Origin: Takakia lepidozioides
Lineage: Eukaryota > Plantae > Bryophyta
Assembly: GCA_030704615.1 (NCBI GenBank)
Contig: CM060733.1
Location: 3,348,001 to 3,412,000 of the forward strand
Direction of reading: 5' to 3'
DNA length: 64,000 nt
Positions 1-13,000 of the stretch are shown in pieces. Positions within the stretch are counted from its first letter, which is position 1, and every line of letters begins with the position of its first letter. Under the pieces are notes generated by a model. That model ran no database searches and had not been told where the DNA came from. It worked only from the letters and a program-made list of their open reading frames with translations. The translations under genes were made by a program, and so were the position numbers.

Positions 1-103
1 ACGGCAATGAATGATGTGAACATGTTGGTTTCTCATTCTACATGTTCCACTTGTGGTTCCGTTCTTTTTTGATTGAAGACCTTGAATTTCATTCTGACTT
101 ACA

Positions 104-2957
104 GATATCATTCTGCAGAGGAACGGAGACATCGCATGTCAAAACGAGTTTGGTTCACACACTGTATAGGATACAAAGGATAGGGCAGATGCCCTTGACC
201 AACTTCAAGACCATCCTTTCAGCAGAGATGTACAAGAAGTGCGAAAGCTCCAAGACATCGGAAACGTGGTACTCGTTGACCCGTGAGGCTTTCATGGAGT
301 ACATGTACACGGTGAGATACATCTTCCTTCATCTGGTCTTCCATATTCCACATGTTTGTTTCTGTTTGTTTCCCTTGACCTTGTGCTGATGCAACTCTCT
401 TGCATTCCCTTGCAGCAAGACATTGCAGATGCAGGGGAGCGTGGCAAACTGGAATACTACAGCTCTACCCCTGAGGAGAGAAGGACAGCAAAGGGGGTTG
501 AGAGTCGCATCCAGAAAGAGATGACCTCTACAAGAAGGACTATAATGAGTGCTTTCGTGAAGCAGTTGAGAATTGCCGACCCATCATTCGGACCGCAGTT
601 TCTCCTGGAGATAAAAAAAACCATTATAACAAGCCAGGCAAGCCAGAAATGGCCCAGGAGAAGTTGCACAGGCTGTCTACCGCCGTTGTGTCTCCAGAAC
701 AAAAGGTGAAGTGGCTGCAGATATGGAACTCCGATCCCACAGTTAGGGATACCCACATGTTCCCAAGGCCGGAGAAAGAGAAGAAGACCCAGCGTGTCAT
801 TCCTGTCAGTGACAATGTGCTGGACACCTGGCTTCACAAGGCCACTTACTGGAGCCAGGTGTGATGTCCTTCCCTGTGTCACTGTCTTTTCTCTTTTCCT
901 GTCCTTATCTTTCTATTGCCTCTTACATTCGCTGTGATTGCTTTTGGTTTCATTCTTGCATTTGTATTGTTTTGCAGTTGGAAGAAAGGGCCAGATCGGT
1001 TCTGCATACTCAACTGGCTGATTATGGCATCAGTATGATAGCACCAAAGGTGTCCTTCGAAGCATACATGAGGAAATGGAGAGCCACAGTGTGGCACTCT
1101 TGTTTCTTTAGAGAGTTCAGCAAGGAGGGTGGCATCAGTCGAACAAATGAGCTGGACCAGCAAGAAAAAGGAGAGGAAGCCTGGAAACGATGCCTTTACA
1201 GGTGCACACTCTTGCACTACTTATTTGTGCTGTGGTTGCAATGTGTTGTGTGGCATACTGTTTAAGGGGGTCTTCCTGGTGTGATGGAAAAGTTGCCACA
1301 CAATATTTCCATTGTAAAATGAGGTTGTCTCTGTTGCTGCAGGTACATAAAGTTTGTTCTCCTGGAAGAGCTGGACAAACATCCAGATTTCGTGGACCTG
1401 TGGCTTGTCCCTGCTGGCAACCAGACCATGTTCACTACTGGGATCTTGCATGACTGGGGCCCAGACCATCTTTCTTCTTGTGGTTGGTATTTGGATTGCC
1501 CTCCTTCTGAGACCCCAGCTCCAGAGGTGTCTTTGAGGAGAGAGAATGACCGTATTGCAGCCACTGCCGCAGCAGCCGACCTCGACATTCATGAACGAAA
1601 TTTGAGGACTCTTGCAGAGAAGGAGCCTCCCGCTCACGATACCCCAGGTAGAGGAAGAAAGGCAAAGGGAAAAGATGTTGCTGGTGTTGTGGGGAAGGGA
1701 AGGGGTAGAGGGAAGGTGGCACAAGGGCAGGGAAGTGTTGCAGATATTGGCCCTGTGGAGCATGTCCAGCAGACTCCACCGCATGGTAGGGGATCCGGGA
1801 GAAAAAACAAGGGGGTGGTTGATCCCAAGGACCCGTACCATGCAGTGGAACATCCCACGAGGGTCATTCGCCCAACCAGGTTGGAGATGGCCAACGTCGG
1901 GTTCCTTGCCATGATGGAGTCGAAGAAATCTGATTACAAGGGCGAGCCATCACCAGTGTGGGACAGGATTGTGCAGTTCCTCAGCACGGTGCGTGTTCTC
2001 TTTGGGTTCTGTGGCTTCTGTTGTTTTTGTCTGCTGTGGGCATGGATCGTTTCTAAACTTGTTAGAATACCATTGTATTTTTGTTTGCAGGCTAAAATGA
2101 CCAAATCCTGGGTGAACGGGAAGGAGAAGCCATATGCAGCCGAACTCATCATCTTGGACATCCCTGATGGGTTGGCAGTCCCGGATATCCCTCCATCGGG
2201 TGCTTGTCCGGGTTGGAATGCTTTTGATGAGCGCTACTGGCGGTGGGTTTTCTCCTTTTGCAACTTCTTCCTGTCCGATGCTGGTGTTTTGGTGCTCATC
2301 CAGTCCATCGACGGTCGGTGTCGCCGTGCACTTTCCAGCTATTTGAAAGCCTCGGGCATGAGAGTCGTGAAGACATGGAATTGTGTGAACAGCATGTACC
2401 TTACGAAGGGGGATCGCCCGGGAGAGATGGTGAGTTTGCCTTCTTCTTCCTCTTCTTGGTTGTTCTCCGATGGGGTTGTATAGGTCGCTCGAACTCATAT
2501 GTAGGGGCCCGATTTTTTTTTGGTTCTTAGTTCCTTGTGGATGTCATGTTCGCAGACTCGTCTGTTTGAAGCTATTTGTCTCGTCCGGGTGCATCCACAA
2601 ACGACTCCGGCCGGCATTACCGAGTTTGCCATCACTCATGGGGCCAAGTTCATAGATGACAGGACAGATCCCCCCACGGATGACATGCATCACAACTACG
2701 TCGACAGCAACGTGTGCTTGCGAAGGGGGAATGAGGTTCCTTGGAGAGGGGCGAGGGAGAGGAGTCCGGCTTTCATTCAAACGATTGTGGAGTGCTGCAC
2801 CTACATAGACGCCAGAGTTCTGGCAGTCCTCCTCGGTCTTGCGTGCTACCTGTCTATGCGGAGGCACTCGCAGCAAGCATGTCCGTTCATGGCACTCCGA
2901 GTCCACCTTACGACGGCCTTCGTAGAACACGTGGTGTTGGGGCCAGAATCTTTGTAG
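104..2957 (+). pseudogene. Multi-exon transposon-associated gene (5' part outside window) ending in a beta-class amino-DNA-methyltransferase-like domain; probably frameshifted
   Basis: GT-AG bounded exons approx. 104-311, 415-859, 978-1201, 1343-1989, 2091-2429, 2556-~2957. Exon 2091-2429 has AELIILDIPDG (motif IV-like, cf. DLIITDPPYG) and FFLSDAGVLVLI (cf. RLLKPGGSLFI). Exon from 2556 has PWRGARERSPAFIQTIVECCTYIDARVLAVLLGL (cf. HPTQKPxxLxxxLIxxxTxxGDxVLDxFxGxG). The RGRGRG-rich linker is at ~1650-1810. Confidence 0.55.
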
Positions 2958-3370
2958 ATGACATAGCACAGGAGGTGGACACTGATTGTGATGACTGCGA
3001 CACTTGATATGAAGTTTTCTTTTGGTTTAATTCTGGGCCAAATTTGAAATGGGATGGTTGTGTGTCCTTGTTGTCCTGTTTGCAATGTGTGCCTGGAATT
3101 CACATTCATGGTTACAAACTATTGTTGGAGATGGGGGTTGCATGGACTGCCTGGATTGTTCCTTCAATCTATTTGATGTTTTGTGGACCTCACAGACTGG
3201 AGTACATTGCGAAAACAAACAAACCACTTTGGTTCGTGTAGAGCATTCTCGCATCATTTGCTAGTTGGTCCCCAAACTATTCCTGCTAGAAGAATGGTTG
3301 GTGAATCCATCACGGTGAAGTCCACCTCATCAAAAACTGTTCAGGCATTCTCAATTCTACCCACATCAAC

Positions 3371-3520
3371 CCGCGGAAATAGGTGACACCACTCGGAAAT
3401 AGGTGACATCCGCGGAAATAGGCACTGTTTGCATGCTGACGTGGCGTGAGCCTGTGCTGGGCCCACGCTTTCCTGGGCTCACAGGCTCACGCCTCCGGGC
3501 TCACGGAATAGCACCCCCCC
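3371..3520. mobile_element. Probable right terminus (TIR/subterminal region) of a DNA transposon, Mutator-like
   Basis: Three CGGAAATAGG(TGACA) direct repeats, a perfect 13-bp inverted repeat GCGTGAGCCTGTG...CACAGGCTCACGC, and an end ...GGAATAGCACCCCCCC after which the sequence appears to become LTR-retrotransposon leader. Confidence 0.5.
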
Positions 3521-3618
3521 ACCAGGATCATCATCTTTTGGGCCGTTCCGCTTTCGCTTTGGCTTGCCCGACCCCATGATGAGGCCAATCCCAAGGACGA
3601 TCACGTACTGAACTCTAA

Positions 3619-3630
3619 GCTCTGATACCA
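3619..3630 (-). promoter_or_regulatory. Primer-binding site, tRNA-iMet (TGGTATCAGAGC)
   Basis: GCTCTGATACCA on + strand, 2 nt from the LTR end at 3633. Confidence 0.9.
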
Positions 3631-3632
3631 AG

Positions 3633-4361
3633 TGTCGCGCATCTCACTTTGGTAAGCTCCCCTTCAGGTCATAGTTGCTAGCTTGATTGCGCGCGCCTAA
3701 CTCCCAACCTGGCCGCCAGACCAACTTGGAGCTTCGGCTGCTCACCGGGGCATAACGGTCCCCCTTTGAACTCCCAAAGAATCCTCCACCGATTTGGAAC
3801 CAGCGGGAATTCCCTTTGGTAGTTGGCAGTCCGGAACAGCTCCCCACTCTTTGGTCGCTTTCCGGCTCGCTCGCTTACTCACTAGTTTTTGGTCACCAAC
3901 GGGCTTGCACCGTTCTCGGGGTTACTACTCCCTATATATACTTCTGTAGCTGTCCGCGGGGGTTTCACAACCAGCCATGCCATTTTATGGCGAACCACCA
4001 CGAAAACCCTCGACTCCCGGTGATGAGTCGCGGTGAGTCTTGGCCCACTCACCACGGTCCCTATGGACCGTGATGAGTCCCAAGACTCCCCACGACTCCC
4101 ACCACGAGGTCTCCGCCCCCATGGTGAGTCCTATGCCACCCCCACTAAGTCCCGCTAAGCTACCACCACCCCTTGTGGAGCCACCCCCACTGCAACCCGG
4201 TGTGCGGGGCTCCACCTAGTGAGCGCCTCCGCCTCCTTGAGTGCCTTGGGCACTCAAGGGTGCTTCAGCCCCCCCATACCTATCGCTGCCGCTGCCCCCA
4301 CCACAGGGGCAGCCCCTCATGTGTCCCGACCCCCCTGCCCTCAAGGCAAAGGGCCGCGACA
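3633..4361 (-). mobile_element. 5' LTR (729 bp) of a chromovirus-type Ty3/gypsy element
   Basis: TGTCGCG...CGCGACA termini, adjacent PBS, and a closely similar inverted copy at 61047-61776 that follows a chromodomain integrase. Confidence 0.9.
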
Positions 4362-4999
4362 GCTACAATGTCCCCCGGTTTTCAGAATCGGACTACAGAA
4401 TTCCAGCTCTTGTCGGATTCCGACTTGTCTTTAGACGGGAGAAATATCGCGAAGTGTGGACAGAGTTGCACAAACACTACCGGTTAGGGATTTGGAGCTC
4501 TATGATGTACAAGAACTTGCAGCCCATCCTGGATTTTTTGCTTCGTGGTCTACCTCAACCGGCCTTCGTTATGTCTCAAAAGGATTGTATTTCATGCTCT
4601 ACTTTGGTTCACCCTCAATTCAAATCAGGATTGGACCCTCCTCATTTGTTTTTGAAGCCACTGGTCAAGGTCTGGCAGAGATTTGGTGGGAAATACACCA
4701 AGAGTAACACTCTGCTCATTGACGACACCGCCATGAAGTGTATATTGAACCCGCCCGACTCATGTCTTGTTCTCAAACCATTCCAGACCGTTGAGACTGA
4801 TGGTTGTTATCTTCTCAAGGTTCTTCAGACCTATTTGCTTGGAATGAGGAAACATCCCACTGTTTCAAGCTATCTTAGGAAAAAAAGGATAGGGTTGAGT
4901 TTTTTTCCCAATGTTTCAAACGATCCCAAGTTTAGCCCACTCTGGGATTTTATTGAGGACAATGGTTTTAAGAGTCTCAGATATGATGCTTCAAAATAA
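4362..4999 (+). pseudogene. FCP1/NIF (HAD-like CTD phosphatase) domain ORF, N-terminus cut off by the LTR insertion
   Basis: LGIWSSM, FVMSQKDC, FLKPLVKVW and YTKSNTLLIDDTAMKCILNP match NIF/FCP1-family motifs. The first ~40 codons of ORF 4241-4999 are LTR sequence, and the DxDx(T/V) motif is absent. Confidence 0.7.
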
Positions 5000-5712
5000 A
5001 TTATTTTTTATCAATCCCATCTCACTCGAGCTATTGAATATCTTCATGGTTTCTTTCATGTTTCAATGCGGGTACAATGTGGCAGTCGGTCTTGGGATTG
5101 CCCGGAATGTGTGTCAAGAATTCAACTGAAAATGAGTCAAAATGAGAGTACCATATCTTTCACGTGTGTAAGTGTTTTCTGGACGTGTTTTTAACGGAGG
5201 CTCTCCTTGCATGTGAGTATGATTCTTCATTTGTCATTCTTTTTCAGAGCCTCTCGACAATTTTGTTTGTTTTATGGAAGAAAAAAAATGATGTCTTGCA
5301 CCTATTAGTAGAAAGAAAAAGGTCCATTACTATGGGATATTGAAGAAATGCAAGCTGATATCGAGATCAAAGGTATAGTTCCTTCAACTTAAATCCCTTT
5401 TTATTAGACCGTCAAATAAATCGTTTACTACATGAAGAAGAAGAATAACGGACAGTAGGTGAAGTAGATGAATGATCTACTCTTGGTCTGCGTTTTGTTT
5501 AATTTTGGATTTGGATTGATATTTGTGTACATGTTGTGTTTTGGGATTGGAGATGATATATATCCCCTCTCCTCAATCACAGTTTCACTTTGCTATTCTG
5601 GCGTGAAAATAATCATAAATCCTCGGTTGCTTGCTGCATAACTTGTGGAACACTTGCTAAATTGCACATTTTGACATTGCTCACTAAAGTACTTATTGAG
5701 GCTAAGGCAGTT

Positions 5713-7290
5713 TTCTATTAATTAATGTAGCTATGTTGCCATGTTTGTATTTTTTTGGGGCGTGCCTGTAGGCCCACCAAAGCAGTTGCTAACTTAATAA
5801 GTAAGTAATAAGATCCGGAGGAGAGAGTTCTCCTCCTTTATATACCAATCTTAGGGCGGTGGCCCGACCACGTCAAGCTAAAAGGCTACCACACATGTCA
5901 TTCTCTAGATTCCTTGATCCCACCACTTATGCAAAATGTTTTGAGGGAATCGTGACGAACAATATTTCAGATTGTTTAATAATAATGAATGCAAATCAAA
6001 CTATACTTGAAGCTAATCAAGTATAAATATTTATTGTATCTTTGGTGGATTCTAATAAATAGATTAAAAAATTAATGACTCATCTCATTATAATGAATGA
6101 TGATTCTATACAGTTTGTACATCTATTTCGTAATTTGGTTACGATTACAGTCATTTTTTCACAAAGTGCTTGGCCGCTCCCCCGAAAACTTTCAAGTGTA
6201 GCTTTTCTGAAAAAATATATTCAGAGAACAGTTTTTTTTTAATCTTTTAAAAAGGCTTTCCCGGTATTTATTTATTCCATTTGCAACATCAATCAGTGAA
6301 AAACACGTGTACATCGACCATCCCACCATCGTCCACCAAGTACCGCGAATTGATTGCAGCATGTACTTGCCCGCCACGTCCAGCTAAAGTCATTCGTACC
6401 TGTAGTACCCTCTACCACGTCATGCTAAAGTCCAAAACTATTAGGCCACGAGCTCCACATAACATTGGAAATTCTTGAGTGAATTAGTGTTGGATTGGTA
6501 TACCTGGTTTAACCTAGGTATGGAATACAGGTATGAATATATGTATTGAAGAACATACCAGTCGGATATGAAAGAACCAATGTACCCATGTGATACACGT
6601 ACTGGGGGAGTATGGCTTTAGGATTCCCCGCTAACATACCACACCAGTATGGTATATGGAGGAATAGCATGGTCCCCGATACCAGTATTGCGGTTAGTTC
6701 ATGGCGAATGGAGGTAGGTATGAGTATATGTTAGTGCAGCTAGTTATACCCTGTACTACAATTTGGTTAATTCAAGGCTCCATGTTGCAATTCAGACTTC
6801 ATTTGCTGTTTCATGCTACTTTGGGTTACCTTTGCCTAATGTTTCACGGCTTCGATTAAAATTAGCTATGTGCTAAATGACATTTATTTCTATGTATGGT
6901 GAGCTGTAGAAATACCATGCCAGTGCTCATACCCCCCAGTATCACTACAGAGAAAGGGCAATACCAATACCATACTCATATACAGCCCAAAGTACAACTA
7001 CTCATACCAGATTCATACCCAAGTTGCTCATACCTGTATAGATACCTATACCAGCCTGGTATGAAAAAGGGGTGGGACCCTTCATACCAGGACCAGTCTA
7101 GTATTAGAAAATGGTCATACCAGTCCAACACTGGAGTGAACCCAGCCAATTATTTTTAGCACCCGGCAAATTCCTTTGGCCGAGCTCCTCCCACATGGAA
7201 GGACGCTGTTACTAGTACCTAGGGGGCTCTACACACGTAGGGGCCAGGGCCCAAAAAAAAATGCAAACCATGACATAATAAATTAATAGA
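5713..7290. mobile_element. Possible old non-autonomous TIR element hosting the hAT MITE
   Basis: Degenerate inverted ends TTCTATTAATT...CATGTTTGTATTTTTTTGG and CCAAAAAAAAATGCAAACCATG...AATTAATAGAA. Confidence 0.35.
6485..7133. mobile_element. Non-autonomous hAT element (MITE), copy 1
   Basis: TIR (C/T)AGTGTTGGA(C/T)TGGTAT, 8-bp TSD GAGTGAAT/GAGTGAAC, many GGTAT/ATACC subterminal motifs, and a second copy at 50448-51088. Confidence 0.85.
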
Positions 7291-10077
7291 AGTAGAGGTA
7301 ATGATGAATAACCCCCCTCTTGAGATAGTACTACTGAGATGGTACTAGTGATATACGTTTATAACTGGATAGAGAAGACTTGGGCCCGACAGTAACTACT
7401 TATTGTTGTGCAGACAAGTGTTGGAGATACACCCTGTTTAAGGCAAGTATTTGGAGCGCATTCTCTCATGAATTTGGAGGTGAGATCCTGTGTCCACTAT
7501 TATTAGCTACATCTTCATGATGATAGTTGGAATTGTATACACTTCTTAGTTTCAACATAATTACCAAAAACAAAAAACAAAAAAAACAATACTTACTGAT
7601 TATAGTGGTGCCAGGATCTATGGAGCTTTATTTGGCGCCTCTTCAAGAATCCACAATGGCTTAATTTTGCAATAAAAGCCATAAAAAATTGTTTAAGAGG
7701 AATACAGAAAAAACAAAATAAACCACATTGGCTTGGCTTTGTGTGAGAAGTGGCATGCGAGCAGGGAGATTTGCAATTGGTGCAGACATGGCATCAAGTT
7801 GCTTCTGAAAACAAATCTGCACAGTACCCTATCTCTACTCACTTTCTCAACAGAATCAAACTTGACTCAGCAAAGAAAAGGAAAACATTTACATAAATCT
7901 AACACTAAGTTATGTAACATCAGACTGACAATGGAAGTAATTTTACTAGTGGAAGTTTTGACAGATTGTTCTCCAATGAGCATACATTGGAAAGAGTTCT
8001 TCTTGAAATAATTGAAGTTTAATTAATTATACAGCCTTGCCACAGTTGTTCTAAGCAAATAAAATTAACCCCTACTGTCATATAGAGATTTGTAAACAGT
8101 CTGCAGATTGGTCACCTTTTTGGTCATATCTTTGCAAAGCTTTTGGTCTATGAAAATGGACTGTTGAATTGCGTTGTTACTTGTTACCTCTTCGATCTGC
8201 ACGCCCCACCTGTGTATCCCTAAGATTTCAGAATGTTTGGGCAAGATCTTGGGGATATCTGGTCATGGGTAGTCACTTTTTTTTCTTCCCGTTTCCAAGG
8301 AAACACCAGCCCCAGCAACTGGGGAAAATAAACCCCCTCTCTGAGCCATGGAGGCATTACAGGGGCAGAGCCCCAGCCCCAAGGAAGAGAGACAGATGAC
8401 AGGGGTTTGAACCCCAGACCGGCAGGGCAGCCGAGTCTGCATCCTGAATTGGCAGTCGACCTTGCGGGATTTCAGACTGCCGCCCCAGCTCTTAATGCCA
8501 CGGATGGGTGCGGATTAGCGTATTATGCCTCCCTCTAAACCGTATTTTTCATGTGCATTTTGAGGGTATGCCACGTCGATATTTCATCCATCCATCTCAC
8601 TTAGTCCCCAAGACGCAACACACCGACCAGAAGGCCGACGTGGACAGACATGATCGATCCGCAGCATGGGGCGCTGGAGATCGTCCCACGAGCGAGACGG
8701 AACCAGATCGCAGCCGTCGAAAACGCGGAGGAAGGTGAGTGCCAGTTTTGGAGGCAGGGTGAGGTGTGCGGGTGTTGAGCATGCAGTCTATGGGCAACCT
8801 CCAGCTATGAATGCTTCCAAGTTCCTATTACTTATAAGCTCTTGACCTTTTCTGCTGCCTAGTGTGGCGTGGAGCTCCATGCGTGTGCCTTGACTAACTC
8901 GGTAGACCATTCAGCCGAGTTGACCTCAATTCAAAACGCCCGGAGTTACATTGTGAAATGGAAAATACGGTATGCAGAACGAGATTGAAGCGGCTGGAAA
9001 CTTCGTAGTAAGTATGCTAGAGTCTCCGAAGTCAGTGGGTCCAGTGTGAGCCGCCTTCTCCGTGCCACATATTCATGCTGCACAACAGGAGCTGCTTCTC
9101 CACTGCACGACAGTCGAATCAATTTATCAACTGACACACACGTCGAAGTATGTAATCGCTTCGCGTTCACACATGTACGTGTCACGTCAAGTGCCACCGG
9201 CCAACGAACTTGCAATGTGGCATCCTGCTGTTGTAACGTTGTAACGTAGTAACCGACTCGCCTGAAACTTCGACATCAAGGTGTTTGTACTGGTTTCAAA
9301 TAGTAGGGACACTACTTTTATAGTTCGAGCCTCCGTTTACCCAACAACCCACCACGTAGCTTTGTTGAAGACTTACTGAACTGGTGGGGCCCCTCTTTTC
9401 CTGTTATGACTTCGTGCGTTTGACAAATTACATGTGTCGATGATACTTCAAATGGCATCTCTGGCATGGAATGCATTAGAATAACTCACTTTTCGACATT
9501 CTGCAAACAACATGATGATGCTTCCCCTGGAAACCACCTGCCCAATTTTTAATCGGAGTTGGAGCGCATACTTATCTGTAGCCACACTGCACTATTTGGG
9601 TTGCACCCGACATCTGAAGTCGATACTCCATGTTCTCTAACGATCGATCGAATCGATCGAATCGTTATTATTAGAAGAAAAATGTGAACAAGTGCTCGGT
9701 GGTGATTAGGCACGTCACACAAAATGCGCTGTTTCCAACATTTGCACCACCTACCGAAAACCCGTTTGACACATAAAAAGAACAGCTGTACAACACACAT
9801 GCTTATTACAAACCATGGAGCCCCCTCATCATCGCTCTAGTCAACACCAATGCGCGGGGAAAGGGGAGCTAACATCTGAACTGGATAAACTGCCCACAAA
9901 AAACGATTCCTGTAACTGGAAGGGTCGGCCACCACCGCGTGTCATGCACTTCAGACACTTGGCAGTTCCGCGAGCTGTTGTCAGATCGACAAGAGATGTT
10001 AGAGCTCTAGGAATGCAACTCTTCAGCATCTACCTACAAAGAAGTTCTCCTGCTCAGCTGAACTATACCGCAGAAAG

Positions 10078-13000
10078 ATGGCCAGGCTTGAGCTGCGGGC
10101 GTCGCTCTGTTTGTGCTTTCTAATCTCTGCTTCGAGTATAGTTGCAGGTAAGATTGTCACATCACTGGGTCTACCTGAGACTCTCTTGCAAACGTGTGTA
10201 TCTTTGTGAGAGAGGGTGAGGGAAAGAGCGGGGGAGAGCGAATTTGGAACAACTGGTACAAGAGAATTGTTTCACAAACTCATGTTTTAAACACTCTTTA
10301 AGTCTTAAGTACTCTTTAGACATGTATGCTGGTGGCTTAAATGCAATACCTTTCCAAATTTCTATCTGTTAATGAACCAGAAGGGCTTTGAGCTTTCTGT
10401 GTGCGTTTTTGAGTATCCTTCCTTCAAGTTCGGTCTCTCTCTTCCTAGAGCTCAATTTCTTTCTTCTTTCATCCTCACTTGAGCACATACACAGCGCTCT
10501 GAAACTCTGTCTCTCACAAAGAGCGTCGTGTCCATGATTGGCTGTGTTTTGCAGCGGAGAAATTGTTCTTTGCGTTTGGTGACTCATGGGCGGACACCGG
10601 CAACCGTCCCAGTAGCGGGCCACGAATTGGCTCGGGCTGGAAGTATCCGTACGGCATAACCTGGCCCAAACACCCTGCCGGTCGCTACTGTGATGGGCAT
10701 ATTCAGACCGACTTTTATGGTATGTTCCAAAGCTTCAATGTTCTCTTCACAGAGACCGGAGGGCGGGGAGAGGGTGGTCTACAGGCGCTTGGATCCTCGA
10801 AACCTGATCTAATCTGGAAAGAGCTGAGCTGAGCATAATTTAAGGGTAACTCTGTCTTAATTAAGGTGTTTCAAGTTGCTCGAACCAAATTGGAAGGGAC
10901 CCTGTACATGAGAGATTCTGTTGGCACAGTTTTTACCATGGCCCTTGAGTTCCTTGCACATGGTGATGTCAATCGCATATTTCTGAAAATTTCAACATTC
11001 ACCAATCTGTATGTACATCGACCATAGCTCCATCAGATAATGATTCAGCTCCTAGACCTTCAATGTAACAAGTGACAGAGTGTGTAAGTTAACCCTTCTG
11101 AGGGAGTAGACACAACAGCGACTTTGTCTTCACAAGACACAAGTAGCTTTAAATCATATACATATATACCACTGTAAGTGAGTCTATAGTCCTCGAGTTC
11201 AGCTAGTAGACGAGTTCGAATTGTTTTTGCTCAATTGGTATGAAGCGGGTATTTCGCTGTATTGGTTTTGAACGTGAAGAGATCGAAACTGAAGCGGGTA
11301 GCTGCATCTGTGCATAACCTGGTGTTTACCTTAATCAAACACTCAATTTCCCCACTTGAATTTACAGATGTTGAAGTTGAAGTCCTGTGCATATACAAAG
11401 ATAGTCGCTCAGAAATCAAACATCGTCGTGGTGGGCGGTGCTAATGATCTCCGCTTTCATTATGTCGAGGTCTGATTATTGGAAACGGCGTTGGTTTCTG
11501 GCTTGCAGCCGATATCCTAGGCATACCTTCACCGACACCATATCTGCACACAGCAAGCCTGGAGAGCACAGCTAACGGCATCAATTTCGCTGTGGCGGGT
11601 TCTGGCATCACGTTTGCTTATGGCCTATTGCCTCTTGCAGGCCAAGTAGACAACCTGGAGCTTTATCTTCGCACAGACCCCTACTCCAAGAGTGAATTGG
11701 CTAGGTCACTCACGCTAGTATCAAACATCGGCAATGACTACACCGCCTTCAATGGCACTTCCCAGGTACCTATAATTTTGAAATATTGAAGGTCATAGGC
11801 GATCATTTCAGACTATATTCCAGCTCGCAATCACGAGAAGCTCGCAGTGATCAATGTCATTGGTGTGAACGACAGATTGAATAAATTGAAAGGTCATGTT
11901 CTGTTCTTGTGAGAGGGAGAGAGAGAGAGAGAGAGAGGAAATGCAGTTTTTTGCAGGAGTTTTTGGCTAGGGATACAAAGCTGTGCATGGCCCCGAGAGA
12001 ATTTTCAAATTTGTACTCAAACTTTTTCATAACTTGTGTTTGCCGGGGACCATTGAACAGGAATTAGTTATCTATATTCGAAGAGTGGTGGAGGGGATGG
12101 CTACGAGTCTAGGGCGGCTGTATGACTTCGGGCTCCGAGATATTATGGTGGCTAATTTGGCCCCTTTAGATTGTCTCCCGGTACGTTCCTATATCAACGA
12201 CTTCAAACACTGTGATAATCGAAGTGCTTCGTTCGTGGCCATCCACAATGCGTTGTTACTGGGGGCCATTGAAAATCTAAACAAGCTACCAGGCGCACGC
12301 TTCATCATATTGGATCAATTTGCTGCGTTCTCTCACCTTATTAGACAAGCTAAAGCTGTAGGTATGTCATTCATGACGTACCAACCTCTCCTCTGAGCTT
12401 GACCTGCTGTCTCCCTCGTATTTGTCTACTTCATCTCGATCTTGCGGATGGGTTGGCTTTGTTTGTAAGTGAGCGAGGACCGCCCAACCGGTGGTCCCGT
12501 ACATTACATCTTAAAAGGGGCGAAGAATCTATGGCATGGATATTAGTACCGGTCAATGAGATAGCATAAATCCTCTTCCAAGTCACTAAGATTTAAAACA
12601 AGAACGAGCTGAAAAATATGCGCCAATTCGTATGCGTCGTCAAATCTGATCCAATTACGCTTAAATCTAACTCAGAAAGCTCGATGTATGTGCACAGGTT
12701 TTACCGATGGTCTGGCGCCTTGCTGTCAAGGGATCAGTCAGCAACACTATTGCGGCGATGTGGATGATCAAGGAAGACGACTTTACACGGTCTGCAAGCA
12801 TCGAGGAAAGGCTGTGTTCTGGGATACTCAACACCCCACGCAAACGGCTTGGAAGTATATAGTTCAACTCTATACTAAGCACCCTGATTTCATCTTGCTA
12901 GCAGACGCGCCCACCCTCTTGAAGTGGTTGAAAATCGACGAGGTCGGCCCGGTGCCAGTGGCATCCCCAAGTCCTCAACCAGGTAACCTATCTTTTTGAT

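Noticed and set aside
7300-10000. Numerous short ORFs upstream of the GDSL-FAS1 gene
   Set aside because: No recognisable domains or consistent splice structure; treated as intergenic or promoter DNA.
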